The notes under the pieces were generated by a model, which made no database searches, was not told the DNA's origin, and worked only from the letters and a program-made list of their open reading frames with translations. This document shows, in pieces, positions 10,259 through 21,275 of a stretch of DNA of 64,000 nt; within the stretch, counting starts at the first letter, position 1; every line of letters starts with the position of its first letter. The DNA is taken from the IMG/VR virus record IMGVR_UViG_3300028364_000013; one strand, given 5' to 3'. Both the position numbers and the translations under genes were made by a program. The stretch comes from a virus. Lineage: Duplodnaviria; Caudoviricetes.

Positions 10259-11104
10259 TTATGCTGGTTGACCAGCTGTTGAGTTAGAAGCAACCCCTTC
10301 TGCAACAGTTGTTGAGAATCGAACTCCAATCTTAGCTGCAGCATCATAGATAGGCTGAGCTAACTCATCAAACGTAGGAGTAGTTCCTGGTCCGTTTGGT
10401 CCACCTCCAACTGGAGACATCGTATCTTCAAGTACAACAACTTTTTTAGCTACATCTGGAGCCTTGTCAACTAATTGCTTCAAAGTGTTAGCAACACAGT
10501 GAGACTTAGCTTGTCCAGTCAAGTAAATTACATCATACTTCTCAAGAGTCTTTTGAAGACCTAAGTTGTATTGAGTAGCTGGCACATTTTTAATTGGCAC
10601 CTGCGCTTCGAATGCTCCAAAGTGCTCAGAAAAAGGATTTGCCCCCTTTGATACATATTGAACAAAGTGACCTTGTGATGCCCATGATAAAACAGCGTCA
10701 TTAACTTTTGGGTCTAATTGATTTCCCCAAGTTCCAATAACACAGTGTACTGGCCAAATTACGTGTGGGAATGAATTTGTAGCCTCAAGGTCTTGCAAAT
10801 ACTTAAGTGCCGTCTGAGGCTTAACTGCGCTCCAGGTTCCGTTCTCTACATCTGCAGCTGTAATAACTGAAAATGGGTTAGGGTGATTTCCATCTTTGTC
10901 AAACCAAAAATTTGGATGAGCGATGTCCATCATTTGATGACTGTCAAGTGTACAACCAATAAAGTTGATGTCCTCTTTGTTGTCAACAATGAATTTAGAT
11001 AATCTTTCATTATCCTCTACTGCTCCATCAACGAATAAAGAACCCTTTGGGTCACAAAAATCGTTCTGAGCATCAATAATAAGTAATGCTACTTTCTTTT
11101 TCAT
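10259..11104 (-). CDS. pncA: nicotinamidase / isochorismatase-family hydrolase
   Basis: LLIIDAQNDFC, TLDSH, WPVHC, GQAKSHCV. Confidence 0.85.
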   Translation of the reverse strand: MKKKVALLIIDAQNDFCDPKGSLFVDGAVEDNERLSKFIVDNKEDINFIGCTLDSHQMMDIAHPNFWFDKDGNHPNPFSVITAADVENGTWSAVKPQTALKYLQDLEATNSFPHVIWPVHCVIGTWGNQLDPKVNDAVLSWASQGHFVQYVSKGANPFSEHFGAFEAQVPIKNVPATQYNLGLQKTLEKYDVIYLTGQAKSHCVANTLKQLVDKAPDVAKKVVVLEDTMSPVGGGPNGPGTTPTFDELAQPIYDAAAKIGVRFSTTVAEGVASNSTAGQPA

Positions 11105-11139
11105 AATTGTTTATTTTATATTAATACAAATTTACTTCT

Positions 11140-12231
11140 TTATTTAACTTCATCCAAATTTTTCTTCAAATCTCTTAATTGTTCGATAAGGTGAATTTCA
11201 TCTTCAGAATATTCTTCTTGAATAATAAGGTCAAGCTCTACCATGTAATTTCCAAAAGCTCCTTCTGGGGCTGCAGATACACTAAAGTTCTTGCCCAAAT
11301 TCAACATTGGCATTCCATAACCTTTTAGTCTGAATACTTTGCGATTTTGAGTTCCAGGCTTAATTACAAGGTTTGTAACTTTGCCATGAATAGTTGGAAT
11401 CTCCATCTTTGTTCCTAATGCAAGGTCTTCAAAACTAACTTTATGTCTATAAACTAAGTCTTTTCCAAATCTCTCAAATTTATCATGAGCAATTTCCTGA
11501 ATAGTAAAAATAGCATCACCTCTCATTCCTCCTGGATATACTGAATAATGACCCTTTTGCTCTGTCATAAGACTCTCTCCATTTTGAACTCCTCTTGGAA
11601 ACGTTATGATAGCATTTTCAGTTTCAATTACAGTACCTTGTCCTTTGCAGTCCGAGCAGTTTTCGTCAATTATAACTTTTGCACCTTGGCACACATTGCA
11701 GGTAACTATATCTTGTCTTGTAAACGCCCCCATATTTTGAACTACAGCTCTATGCCCAGTTCCTCCACATGTAGTGCAAGAATGATAAGCAGTACCACCC
11801 TTAGCTCTGGTTCCATGACAACTTCCACAAACCTTTTTAACATTAAAAGGAACCTCTTTTGTACATCCAGTGTAACACTCTTCAAGAGTAAGCGCTATTT
11901 TTATAACAACATTATGACCCCTTTGTCTCATCATCTCCTGCTCTCTCCTAAGCTCTTCAAACATTTCTCTGGCAGAACTTCCAAATCCTCCTCCAAAACC
12001 TTGTTTGCTTGCGCCTTCCCAGTTGTGACCATACTGGTCATATAATTTTCTTTTCTCTGGGTCGCTAAGAACATCGTTTGCTTGGTTTAGTTCTTTAAAC
12101 TTTTCCTCTGCATCTGAGTCTCTAGGATTAACGTCTGGATGATACTTCTTAGCAAGTTTTCTGAATGCTTTTTTGATGTCAGCATCAGCAGCGCTTTTTT
12201 GAAGCCCTAATATTTCGTAATAATCTCTCAT
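11140..12231 (-). CDS. dnaJ: DnaJ co-chaperone
   Basis: J domain with HPD, four CxxCxGx repeats, C-terminal domain. Confidence 0.95.
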   Translation of the reverse strand: MRDYYEILGLQKSAADADIKKAFRKLAKKYHPDVNPRDSDAEEKFKELNQANDVLSDPEKRKLYDQYGHNWEGASKQGFGGGFGSSAREMFEELRREQEMMRQRGHNVVIKIALTLEECYTGCTKEVPFNVKKVCGSCHGTRAKGGTAYHSCTTCGGTGHRAVVQNMGAFTRQDIVTCNVCQGAKVIIDENCSDCKGQGTVIETENAIITFPRGVQNGESLMTEQKGHYSVYPGGMRGDAIFTIQEIAHDKFERFGKDLVYRHKVSFEDLALGTKMEIPTIHGKVTNLVIKPGTQNRKVFRLKGYGMPMLNLGKNFSVSAAPEGAFGNYMVELDLIIQEEYSEDEIHLIEQLRDLKKNLDEVK

Positions 12232-14171
12232 TATAATCTTGGGTCAATTTCTCGTTCGTTTCTTTCTTCAATTACCATCTCACCAAAAGCTTGCACATAA
12301 TGCGCATTTTCTTTGCTGATTTTGTTATATGGAATTTCAAGCAATCTTTTTCCTATTTCCCACTCGTTAACAGATGTTTCCAATTTTCTGAACACTTTTT
12401 TTCTGTTAATAAGCTTTTCAAGTTTTGTGGACATCAAGTAATCTGGTCCATAAATAATTGTCAAGTATCTTGGGTTTCTAACCTTCATTGCAGGAACTAC
12501 ACCTTTAACATAAACAGTCAATGGCTTAAGCATTATTCCCTCCATTTCTTCATCAATGGTAGTCGTATCATAAAACGCTTTAAGCTTCTTAAGGTCTTCT
12601 TCACTCTCAAGGTCAACAACAATATAGTTATCGCTATTTATGGCTTTGTAGATGTCTTCATTTGAAGCGTCAAAGAATAATTTCTCTGCTCCACCTGTGA
12701 ACACTTGCTTTAAGATAGAGAAAGGCTTAAAGTGAACTTCTCCTTCAGAACCGTAAAGCTCAATCTGACGAGAGTAAATCTTAATCATTGCATCAAAATC
12801 ATCTATGCTATCAAATTCTCTGATGTAATCTTTTATTGCTCTAAACGTTCTTTCGTTGTTAGAACCAACCTGATTGATTATATCTTTTCTTGATGTCTTG
12901 TGAGATATTGTTTCAAAATCACAATCTTTATAAGGGCCGTTAACAATTTCGTTAAGAGCTTCTTCAAAACCGTTTTCTTTAAGGAATTCTATCTCACTGG
13001 TAACAGCTTTGTCAACAGTTACAAAATTTCTTTCAATCAACCCTTTTCCAATTGAAGACCAAGGAAGAAGTTCTGCATCCAATATAAGAAGCTCAGTTTT
13101 ACCTTCAAATGCTTCTTTTATAAATGGAATCTCATAAAGAGGCTTGTACGCTTCAGTAAGGTCAAGATTCTCTGGCTTAACCATATAACCCTGTCTTGTT
13201 GTAGTATAATTCTTGCTTGAGTCTTTAAAAAGGTAGATATTAGCTCTTGAACCCATGTATTTAGGTTGTGCTATAATCTTGGTAACTCCATTTTTTCTGA
13301 AATATTCCACCCCTTTATCAAGAGACTCTAATTCACTTTCTTGAAGGTAAATATCTTTATTCTCGTCTCTAACAATGTTTTTATCCGCAGGACATATTGT
13401 TCCAGACACAAAGTTTACACTCTGCTCTGAAGCGTGGAAAATCCTCCCCCTCTCTTTGCCTTCCAGGTTATCCATAGAGATTCTTGGAGGAGGAGTAAAG
13501 AAGAAATCATTTAACTCTTTCTTAACAATGTTTTCATTTGTTGCAGGAGTTTTTCTTGAGATATTTCTACCAAACGGGTTGATAATAATAGAACTCAAGT
13601 GCCCACCGCTAACTGCACCGCTATCAAGGTTTACTTTGTTTGCTTTAATTGCAATCCCTCTTGTTGAAACGTGTCCAAACAAATGGTAAGGCAAAGAACG
13701 ACTTGCTTGCTTTCTAAAGAATCCGAAAAACTTAGACTTTGCAGCCAAGTAATCTTGCGGAGTATCAAACTCTGCTTGCTTAGGGTACACAATCGTTCTC
13801 TGATTTCTTTCTGAAACAGAGCCAAGTTTACCAAGGTACTTCTGGTCACAAGGAGCATGAGTAACAATAAAGTGGTCAGACTTCAAAAATGGCTTCATAA
13901 CTTCGTAGATGTCAAAAAACTTTTGCTTAAGCTCTTCGTCTGCTTCGAAAGTTTTAATGCTATCAAAGTAAGTGTCCATCACATCTTGTGGTGGCAAATC
14001 CTTGGCAGCCATATCATTCTTAAGAAATCTGTATACGAAATTCTCATGATTACCTCTAACCATGTAGAACATATCCATGTTATTGTGAATTAACTCAATA
14101 ACAGAACGAACATCATAACCTTTGTCTATAACGTCTCCACATAAAATGATGCGTTTTTCTTTTTTTTCCAT
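12231..14171 (-). CDS. pnkp: Pnkp C-terminal piece (rest of metallophosphatase plus adenylyltransferase/ligase domain)
   Basis: [20 protein letters not shown], then [34 protein letters not shown] end; lacks the GDIHG motif. Confidence 0.88.
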   Translation of the reverse strand: MEKKEKRIILCGDVIDKGYDVRSVIELIHNNMDMFYMVRGNHENFVYRFLKNDMAAKDLPPQDVMDTYFDSIKTFEADEELKQKFFDIYEVMKPFLKSDHFIVTHAPCDQKYLGKLGSVSERNQRTIVYPKQAEFDTPQDYLAAKSKFFGFFRKQASRSLPYHLFGHVSTRGIAIKANKVNLDSGAVSGGHLSSIIINPFGRNISRKTPATNENIVKKELNDFFFTPPPRISMDNLEGKERGRIFHASEQSVNFVSGTICPADKNIVRDENKDIYLQESELESLDKGVEYFRKNGVTKIIAQPKYMGSRANIYLFKDSSKNYTTTRQGYMVKPENLDLTEAYKPLYEIPFIKEAFEGKTELLILDAELLPWSSIGKGLIERNFVTVDKAVTSEIEFLKENGFEEALNEIVNGPYKDCDFETISHKTSRKDIINQVGSNNERTFRAIKDYIREFDSIDDFDAMIKIYSRQIELYGSEGEVHFKPFSILKQVFTGGAEKLFFDASNEDIYKAINSDNYIVVDLESEEDLKKLKAFYDTTTIDEEMEGIMLKPLTVYVKGVVPAMKVRNPRYLTIIYGPDYLMSTKLEKLINRKKVFRKLETSVNEWEIGKRLLEIPYNKISKENAHYVQAFGEMVIEERNEREIDPRL

Positions 14172-14195
14172 ATTTATTAATGTAACTTATAACAG

Positions 14196-14221
14196 TTATA
14201 CGCAAATTTAATAAAAATGTT
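14196..14221 (-). promoter_or_regulatory. ECF-sigma-type promoter dedicated to the Pnkp C-terminal piece
   Basis: TGAAAC-N16-CGTATAA, 24 nt above the ATG at 14171. Confidence 0.75.
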
Positions 14222-15263
14222 TCAAAATATGGGAAAAAAATGGACAAATAATGATTTTATTTTTTTAAAAGAAAATTATCCAAAAAAAGGCGCTCAGTAT
14301 TGCTCTGAAAAATTAAATAGAACTGTGCAGTCCATTCAAACTATGACTAATAAATTAAATATTAAATTATCTAAAGAAATTAAATCAAAAATACTAAAAC
14401 AAAGTCATATAAAAAAGTTTGACGAATACAAAATTAATCCACAACAATTTATACAAATAAACACCCCTGAAGTTGCATACTTTCTTGGATTTATTTGGGC
14501 AGATGGTAGTGTTTGCAAAAAAACGTACAAAATCACTTTGGAAATAATAAAAGATGATTTAGATACTATTTTACCTAATCTTAATAAACTTGGAGAGTGG
14601 AATATGTATGAAAGAGATAGGAATGATTGGAAGGCTCAAAAATCAATATCAACAAGTAATTATCACATACACTCTTTTTTATCTGAAAATGATTATTTAA
14701 TAAAATCTACAGCATCACCAGATAAAATTATTTCTAAAATTCCAAAAGAATTAAAACATTATTTTTTTAGAGGCTTAATTGATGGAGATGGACACTGGCA
14801 AAACAAAGGTGGAAATTATTATTTTTGCATAGCAGGTACTAACGAACAAAATTGGAATTCTTTTGAATTGATGTTAAAAGAAATAAAAATATCTAACTAT
14901 AAAAAAGAATTGCAAATAAACAAAAAAGGTGGTGGCTCTATTTTAAAAATAACCAACAAAAAAGATATTGCTAAACTTGGTGATTATATTTATAAAAACT
15001 ACGAAAATTACCAAATAGGATTGCCAAGAAAATATGAAATTTATAAATCTATAAAAGAAAAATCTTCAGTTAACAGACATTTAACAAAAGAACAGAGAAA
15101 AATTGCAAGAGAAAAAAACTTAGGAACAAAAAACCCAAACTACAAGCATGTTGATATTAATAAGATAAAAGAGTTAAGGAAAAATGATTATTCTCTTAAA
15201 AAAATAGCCATTGAATTAGGTGTTAGCACTACTATTGTTTCAGATAGATTAAAAAATAAATAA
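14217..15263 (+). CDS. LAGLIDADG homing endonuclease
   Basis: AYFLGFIWADGS and HYFFRGLIDGDGH; antisense, between the two Pnkp pieces; real start may be 14229. Confidence 0.85.
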   Translation: MFQNMGKKWTNNDFIFLKENYPKKGAQYCSEKLNRTVQSIQTMTNKLNIKLSKEIKSKILKQSHIKKFDEYKINPQQFIQINTPEVAYFLGFIWADGSVCKKTYKITLEIIKDDLDTILPNLNKLGEWNMYERDRNDWKAQKSISTSNYHIHSFLSENDYLIKSTASPDKIISKIPKELKHYFFRGLIDGDGHWQNKGGNYYFCIAGTNEQNWNSFELMLKEIKISNYKKELQINKKGGGSILKITNKKDIAKLGDYIYKNYENYQIGLPRKYEIYKSIKEKSSVNRHLTKEQRKIAREKNLGTKNPNYKHVDINKIKELRKNDYSLKKIAIELGVSTTIVSDRLKNK

Positions 15264-15268
15264 TTTAT

Positions 15269-15520
15269 TTAGTAATCATAATCATCTGGATAATGATAAC
15301 CCTCTCTATTACAATTTTCACAATGCAGAGTTCCGTCATCTCCACTATTTATGTGCTCATCATTTTTAAAATGTTCTTGATAATATGAATGTGTATCTAA
15401 TTTTGTTTTCTCTTTATCAGAACTCCACCCACAAGATTCATGATTATCAGAGAAAGGTTTATCACACAAGTCTGTCACTGAAAATTGTTTTTTACACACA
15501 CAACACAACACTATGTCCAT
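15269..15520 (-). CDS. small Cys-rich hypothetical protein
   Basis: CCVC...CENC; lies inside the Pnkp interruption. Confidence 0.55.
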   Translation of the reverse strand: MDIVLCCVCKKQFSVTDLCDKPFSDNHESCGWSSDKEKTKLDTHSYYQEHFKNDEHINSGDDGTLHCENCNREGYHYPDDYDY

Positions 15521-15579
15521 TACAACAAGAGCGCATTGTTATACCATTATCATCAGATTTATATAAACTTTTATTCACA

Positions 15580-16350
15580 TTAACCATCGTCTTTATGTCC
15601 TAATATTTTCTTATTTTCTTTATCAATTACAAACCCATTCTTTTCAAGAAGAGCAACAAATTCATCATAACACCCGTGGATGTCACCAATTGTTACGTAA
15701 TCAAAACCAGAAGGAAGAATACATTCTTGGTATTTATCGTAATCAATTATATCAATACTGTAATCATCAAGGTTATGAGATTTAATCTTTGTAATGTTGT
15801 TAAAAGTCTTTTTACTTACTTCTGACATTACACTTTCTCTCATGTATTTGATTTGACGAGAAGTAACAGCTTTGCTTTCCTCATCCTGAGAAAGGAACTC
15901 GTAGTATGGTTGTCTTCCTTTGTAGTCAAACATTACTACAGCAATGTTGTAGTTATTATCGTCAGCAATTCTTTTAATAGAATCTCTAAAATCTTTACTA
16001 AGACCAGTTGAGTCAACGACAACGAAATCAGCGTTAACTGGGTATGAAGTAAGAGCTCTCACTCTTGCATCAAGAAGTTCGAACGCTGGCTTACTTGCGT
16101 AAAGCATTTTTGCATCTTTCTTTGAAAGAGTTTGGTCTCCAAGAATTTCTCTACGAATTTCATCAGAAGCAATGTGATGAATTTTCACATCACCCTTAGC
16201 TTTTAATTCTGGAATTAATTTGTTTTCAGTAAAGTAAGTTTTACCACATCCAGAAGGCCCAATCAAAAAAACGATTGTATTCATTCTCAATTCAATCTGA
16301 GTAATATCAGACTTAGTTTTCGCTTTTATTTTAAGAGTTTCTTCTTGCAT
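15580..16350 (-). CDS. pnkp: Pnkp N-terminal piece (polynucleotide kinase plus first phosphatase motif)
   Basis: GPSGCGKT, ASDEIR, VVDST, then IGDIHGCYDEF before the stop. Confidence 0.88.
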   Translation of the reverse strand: MQEETLKIKAKTKSDITQIELRMNTIVFLIGPSGCGKTYFTENKLIPELKAKGDVKIHHIASDEIRREILGDQTLSKKDAKMLYASKPAFELLDARVRALTSYPVNADFVVVDSTGLSKDFRDSIKRIADDNNYNIAVVMFDYKGRQPYYEFLSQDEESKAVTSRQIKYMRESVMSEVSKKTFNNITKIKSHNLDDYSIDIIDYDKYQECILPSGFDYVTIGDIHGCYDEFVALLEKNGFVIDKENKKILGHKDDG

Positions 16351-16356
16351 ATTATA

Positions 16357-16382
16357 TTATACGTTATTTTTTAAAAAATGTT
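16357..16382 (-). promoter_or_regulatory. ECF-sigma-type promoter
   Basis: GAAAAC-N16-CGTATAA, 6 nt above the ATG at 16350. Confidence 0.75.
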
Positions 16383-16392
16383 TTCTGTTTTG

Positions 16393-17703
16393 TTACTTAA
16401 ATTTTACAATAAATCCTTGACTTGGTGTTACACCGTCAACAACATCTCCAATTCCAAACCATTCAGCTAACTCAATTCTGTTATTTGGCATTTCAAGAAC
16501 ATCGTTCATAAAATCCTCAAATTCTTCTCTTGTTGGCTCCCAATCATGGTCATCATGACGCATTCCTTCCATAAAGTAGTTATCATTAAATCTTGCATCT
16601 GGAGTTGTAACAATAAGAGTGCTAACGTTGCATCCAAGAATGTCATTCATTAACAACTTAGCATCTTCAATTGGCATGTGCTCAATAACCTCAGTGCAAA
16701 CAACATCAAGTTTTTTTTCTTCATCATAATTGTGATGCTCTGTTTTCATAAACCCCTTGACAGACTCAAAGAAATGAACATTCTTCATGCTCTTTTGCTT
16801 AACTCTCTTTTCGGCCTTAGCTCTCTCAACTGGGTCAATGTCCACAGCAAAATAATCTTTGTCCTTCATGAATCTATTGAACCTGGTGATGTACTTTCCT
16901 TCGCCACAACCAACATCAAGAATGTTGTTATTGAATTCAAGCCTATCTTGTATTGCCATTTGTCTGGCTTGCCATGTGTTACCAAGAGTCATAGTGATTT
17001 CATTCTTTCTATTTTTAGAAAGCTCTTCCTGCAGACCTCTGAATAACTTAAAGTTTTCAAGAAATCTAATCTTAAATAAGTATCTCACAAAGTAAGGAGC
17101 ATCCAAAATATTCATACACCTAATGTATTTAGACGCACTCTCTTCACTCACAAACATTGGTTCATTATTCACAATCGCTTGGAAGATAGAAAATAGACTT
17201 GCGAAATTTAATAATTCGTAAATAGATTTTTTAGTAGTGATTGTGATTTTATAGTTTTTTCCAGAAATTAATTCAGAATTAACCTCAAACCCTGGAAAGT
17301 AATCTTGAAATGCACTTATGTATCTTTCGTTTTTAACATATATCATGTTAATGAAAAATGTGCTCTCAAGTCCACCTTCATCTTTTTTATCTCCATCTGG
17401 AGCAGTGTATTCATCACTTTTAAATGCTGAACGAAACATTTCATCAATTGCGCTAACAACAAATGAAGCAGAATTATATCTACTTGTATTAAGGTATTCA
17501 AACGTTTCTCCTTCATAAGATGGGAATGAAACTTCATCACTACCATCTTTAAAGTAGATATTAAAACTTTGTTCATTGCCTTTGGTGAAAAACCCAAACA
17601 CAACTCCTTGTTTAATATTCTTTGCTACCAACCCTGTTCCAGGATTCTTTTTTATGATAAAGGAAAAATCCTTATTATCACTTTTCAATTGAACTATGCT
17701 CAT
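16393..17703 (-). CDS. hen1: Hen1-type RNA 2'-O-methyltransferase
   Basis: LDVGCGEG, EVIEH, VTTPDARFN, RHDDHDWE, TPSQ; directly upstream of pnkp. Confidence 0.85.
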   Translation of the reverse strand: MSIVQLKSDNKDFSFIIKKNPGTGLVAKNIKQGVVFGFFTKGNEQSFNIYFKDGSDEVSFPSYEGETFEYLNTSRYNSASFVVSAIDEMFRSAFKSDEYTAPDGDKKDEGGLESTFFINMIYVKNERYISAFQDYFPGFEVNSELISGKNYKITITTKKSIYELLNFASLFSIFQAIVNNEPMFVSEESASKYIRCMNILDAPYFVRYLFKIRFLENFKLFRGLQEELSKNRKNEITMTLGNTWQARQMAIQDRLEFNNNILDVGCGEGKYITRFNRFMKDKDYFAVDIDPVERAKAEKRVKQKSMKNVHFFESVKGFMKTEHHNYDEEKKLDVVCTEVIEHMPIEDAKLLMNDILGCNVSTLIVTTPDARFNDNYFMEGMRHDDHDWEPTREEFEDFMNDVLEMPNNRIELAEWFGIGDVVDGVTPSQGFIVKFK

Positions 17704-18448
17704 CAGCTATTGTTTTTTGTACATTTATCATATTCTACCATTACTCTATCATGTTCATCATTAATAAAGTCAGTGAAATACTTAATCTTCTGTGTAGGAG
17801 ATAGATTTTTTGATTTGTCCTTATGCTTATGGTTAACAATCTTTATTGCCTCTTTAAAAGCAACAATGCTTGCCATAGCAGTGTCTAACATGTAATCTTT
17901 TGATATATCGTCCATAAAAATCTCGTATAGTAGTTAGTTATACGATATTTTTTATAAAATGTTCTTAAAATTTAACAAGAACTGCAAGAACCATCATCAC
18001 AATCTGCATCTCCACCATTTCCAATGTTTTTTTGGATTAATTTGTTAATGTTTTGATTGATGTGGTTTTTTCCAAACTTCTTATCTAACTCTTCAGAAAG
18101 AATCTCGTGTGCTAACTTCTTTCTTGGTGCCAATCCAAACTCTACAGCAATCACCTTCTTAGCGTCATCAATTGCATTGTTAAATATGTCGTTAGCAACT
18201 TGTCTTGATTCTTTTTTTGCAAGAGCATCGTGTAGAGCAATCATGTCTTCATCATCTTCTAAAATTGCTTTTAGGTTGTCCCAGTTTAAAACTGCATACT
18301 TGATGAAACCTTTTTGAATTACTTTCTTTAGACCTTCTGCTCTTTCAATTCTTTCTCCTTCATCTTCTGGAGCTAACAATTGTGGTTGAACAAAATATTC
18401 TTGAATGAAACCTCTAAGGTCTTCATTAATTGTCATGTCTTCTTTCAT
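17703..18448 (-). CDS. two hypothetical proteins (17703..17915, 17972..18448)
   Basis: Co-oriented ORFs with normal composition. Confidence 0.6.
17938..17963 (-). promoter_or_regulatory. ECF-sigma-type promoter
   Basis: AGAAC-N16-CGTATAA. Confidence 0.75.
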
Positions 18449-18451
18449 AAT

Positions 18452-19165
18452 TTATCTATTTGATTTATCAGGGTTTTGTGGAGTTGTCTTATTTATAATT
18501 CTTGCAACATTACCCTTAAGTTCCTCTTTGTCGTATTTGTCAATGAGGTGTTCATGTAAAATCTCATGTTCTTTTTTGACTCTTTCTCCATAGTTTTCAT
18601 TACCCATTAGTGGTATAAACACCTTTTGAAGAATCCTTGCTATATTGTAGGCATCATCATCTCCTCTGTGTGGTGTCCCTTCAAATTCTAACCCAAGATG
18701 GTCTAAAGCTTGTCCAACACCAAGGTCTGTACCTATTCCATAGGCAATACTAAACAAAGGCTTCATGTTTATGTGAGTTCTACCAAATGGATACTTTACA
18801 CCCTTTGCTTCACAATCTCTTTCGAACTGCTTTCTATCATATTCACCCCAACTCATCCATATCCTATCGCTGGACTTAAATTTATCTTTAAGAATATTAC
18901 AAGCTTCTTCAAAACTAACACCATGCTCTTCGAGATACTCATCTGTAAGCGTAGTTAATTCGTTACAAAACTTTGATACAGTTGAATATTCTGGTTTAAC
19001 TATGATTGTATCCTTGAGTCTAATTTCTTTTGTCTTGTAATCAACAGCAGAAATTCCAATCTCAATTATCTCACTCTTCATCCCCTCTGGAGTTGGATGG
19101 TCCCAACAGGTAGCTTCCACATCAATCAACAGAACTACATCTCTTTTCATTTTTCTTCTTCCCAT
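18452..19165 (-). CDS. DEDDh 3'-5' exonuclease (ERI1/KapD-like)
   Basis: IDVEATC, EIIEIG, WGEYD, HRGDDDA. Confidence 0.9.
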   Translation of the reverse strand: MGRRKMKRDVVLLIDVEATCWDHPTPEGMKSEIIEIGISAVDYKTKEIRLKDTIIVKPEYSTVSKFCNELTTLTDEYLEEHGVSFEEACNILKDKFKSSDRIWMSWGEYDRKQFERDCEAKGVKYPFGRTHINMKPLFSIAYGIGTDLGVGQALDHLGLEFEGTPHRGDDDAYNIARILQKVFIPLMGNENYGERVKKEHEILHEHLIDKYDKEELKGNVARIINKTTPQNPDKSNR

Positions 19166-19166
19166 T

Positions 19167-19709
19167 TTAATTTCTTTTTATATATTCTGGTGGAACTTCA
19201 TCAGTCAGATAAACACCATTTTCAGAAATGTAAATTTTATGACCATCAGCTCTAAATCTCATGGCTTCAACTTCAAGAATTTCAAACTCACCCCTTCTTG
19301 AACCTACTTTTGCAGCAGTTTCTTTATCAATACTCAAGTGAACGTGATGCCTATTCATTTTCTTCAACCCCTCTTTCATTATTGCATCAATAACTCCCAC
19401 TGGAGCTCCATGATAAAGTGTTACTGGAGGCATAATTTCTGAAAGCTCCAAGTCAACTTTAACTGAGTGACCTTGGTTTGCTCTTATGCTACAAAAATCT
19501 CCACTCAAAGAAAATCTTTGTTTCTCATTATTTTGAACCACGTATTTAAGCTCATTAAAGTCGAACAATAAATTGCTACTCGCCTTTTCAATTAACTCTC
19601 TAACATCTGTCCAACCACTTGAGTTAAGCTTAATTCCAATGTCTTCTGGTTTGTGTCTCAACCAATATGACAATGCTTTGCTTATTTTTTTTTCTCTACT
19701 CTTTTCCAT
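19167..19709 (-). CDS. kptA: RNA 2'-phosphotransferase Tpt1/KptA
   Basis: SYWLRH, KQRF, IRANQGHS, LYHG, RHHVHLS. Confidence 0.95.
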   Translation of the reverse strand: MEKSREKKISKALSYWLRHKPEDIGIKLNSSGWTDVRELIEKASSNLLFDFNELKYVVQNNEKQRFSLSGDFCSIRANQGHSVKVDLELSEIMPPVTLYHGAPVGVIDAIMKEGLKKMNRHHVHLSIDKETAAKVGSRRGEFEILEVEAMRFRADGHKIYISENGVYLTDEVPPEYIKRN

Positions 19710-20244
19710 CTAATTTTTTAATTACATCATTAATAATAAAATCTAAACTTTCTTTACCAATTCCATTTACAGATGTAAAATCAATATTGTTAGATTTCAA
19801 GAAATCTTTTACATTATTATCAACCTCTTTTGCTCCATCAATATCTTGATACCTTCCCTCTTGCTCGTAAGCAACAGTCGTATCTCTTTCAATGAAGTAC
19901 GTCATGTTATCATATTTATTGAATTCCTTCATAATAATAGTTCTTAATTCGTCACAACCAGAAGTGTCATATATACTTGAAAGCACAAATGGAGAATCTG
20001 TAACAATTACATCAACCTCATCTTTCATTGTAAAAAGTTGATACTGTTGTTTTCCAAATATATAAATTTGACTCTGGACCGCTTTCATCGAGCCTTCTCT
20101 AAGTTTCTTTTTGATATACTCTGGAGAAATTTCAGCTGATATAAACTTTCTCTTTAATTCTACAAACACTTCTGATGTTAAAATTGACTTCCCAACTCCT
20201 GGGCCTCCAATTAGGTTTACTACGATACATTGTTCTTTATACAT
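19696..20244 (-). CDS. AAA_28/NadR-like P-loop NTPase
   Basis: GGPGVGKS, VTDSPF, QEGRYQ. Confidence 0.7.
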   Translation of the reverse strand: MYKEQCIVVNLIGGPGVGKSILTSEVFVELKRKFISAEISPEYIKKKLREGSMKAVQSQIYIFGKQQYQLFTMKDEVDVIVTDSPFVLSSIYDTSGCDELRTIIMKEFNKYDNMTYFIERDTTVAYEQEGRYQDIDGAKEVDNNVKDFLKSNNIDFTSVNGIGKESLDFIINDVIKKLDGKE

Positions 20245-20356
20245 ATTTTATCTACAAATAAAAAGAGCCCATATTAGAAGGCTCTTTGTGGTTATTAATT
20301 TACTCTTCTGGAGCAAATGTAGTGAAAATATTTTATGTGACAAACACAAATGTGCT

Positions 20357-20764
20357 TCAATTCTTTTTATCAAGTTCTTTTTTTAATTTTTCAGCTCTTT
20401 CATAATTCTCTTCAGCAACTGCTTTGTTTAATTCCTTTTTCAACCATTCAGCGCTGTCCTTGAAGTTTTCTAAATTTAGAGACTTAATTTCTTCTATGTT
20501 TGTGTCTGGAAAAACTCCAGATATAGAATCTCTATCTTTAAGCTCTATTAGAAGATAATGCTCTCCATCTCTCATGTTTAGTTTTTCATTTACACTTACC
20601 CAATCCATATTGGTTGTAAACAAAACGCCATACTCATTTACTCTTTCTGCTTTTTCAGCAATCTCATTAGAGATGTGAGCTTGTTTAACAGCAACATAGC
20701 TATTCGTCAACTTTTTATTATCTCCACCTTGAAATAATAATAGATATGTTTTTAAATTGCTCAT
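20357..20764 (-). CDS. protein with C-terminal UVR domain
   Basis: LNKAVAEENYERAEKLKKEL. Confidence 0.55.
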   Translation of the reverse strand: MSNLKTYLLLFQGGDNKKLTNSYVAVKQAHISNEIAEKAERVNEYGVLFTTNMDWVSVNEKLNMRDGEHYLLIELKDRDSISGVFPDTNIEEIKSLNLENFKDSAEWLKKELNKAVAEENYERAEKLKKELDKKN

Positions 20765-21273
20765 ATTGAAACCTCCTGTTTTACTGATAGGTTCTGATTG
20801 CTAAAAACTCTTTGACCAGTAACTTCAACAATAACTTCTTTTTCTATAATTTCTGGAATTGTTATGTCTTGATTAATATCATCCAACTCAACTTCCAGAG
20901 TTACCAATTTAACATCATGGTACTCATCAACCTCCCACTTCAAACCACCATGCTCATAAACGTATCTTGTTTTGATGATGTAAGTATGGTCTTCGTGGCA
21001 CATGTCTCTGAATTTCTCTTGAGTAATTTCTTTCTCAATTTCTTCAAACACTCCTGGAGATAAAACTTTCTTTACACATTGAATGTAGTGTCTTTCAACT
21101 TCTGGCTCCGAACCTTTTGTATTGAATTTCTCAGACATACGAAACCTGGTAATTACACCTTTGACATCAACATAGATTTGATGTATGAGATGCTTCTCAA
21201 TTTCTTTCCTATTAAAATTTGGAACATTCTTTAACAAGAACTTCCTTTCTATTTCTAAATTGTCTTTATTCAT
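20761..21273 (-). CDS. CYTH-domain triphosphatase
   Basis: EIERKFLL, IIKTRY, WEVDEY, LEVEL. Confidence 0.88.
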   Translation of the reverse strand: MNKDNLEIERKFLLKNVPNFNRKEIEKHLIHQIYVDVKGVITRFRMSEKFNTKGSEPEVERHYIQCVKKVLSPGVFEEIEKEITQEKFRDMCHEDHTYIIKTRYVYEHGGLKWEVDEYHDVKLVTLEVELDDINQDITIPEIIEKEVIVEVTGQRVFSNQNLSVKQEVSI

Positions 21274-21275
21274 AA

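Noticed and set aside
14172-15579. Group I intron or intein in pnkp
   Set aside because: No recognisable P4/P7 core or intein motifs; the endonuclease is antisense; the downstream piece has its own promoter and ATG
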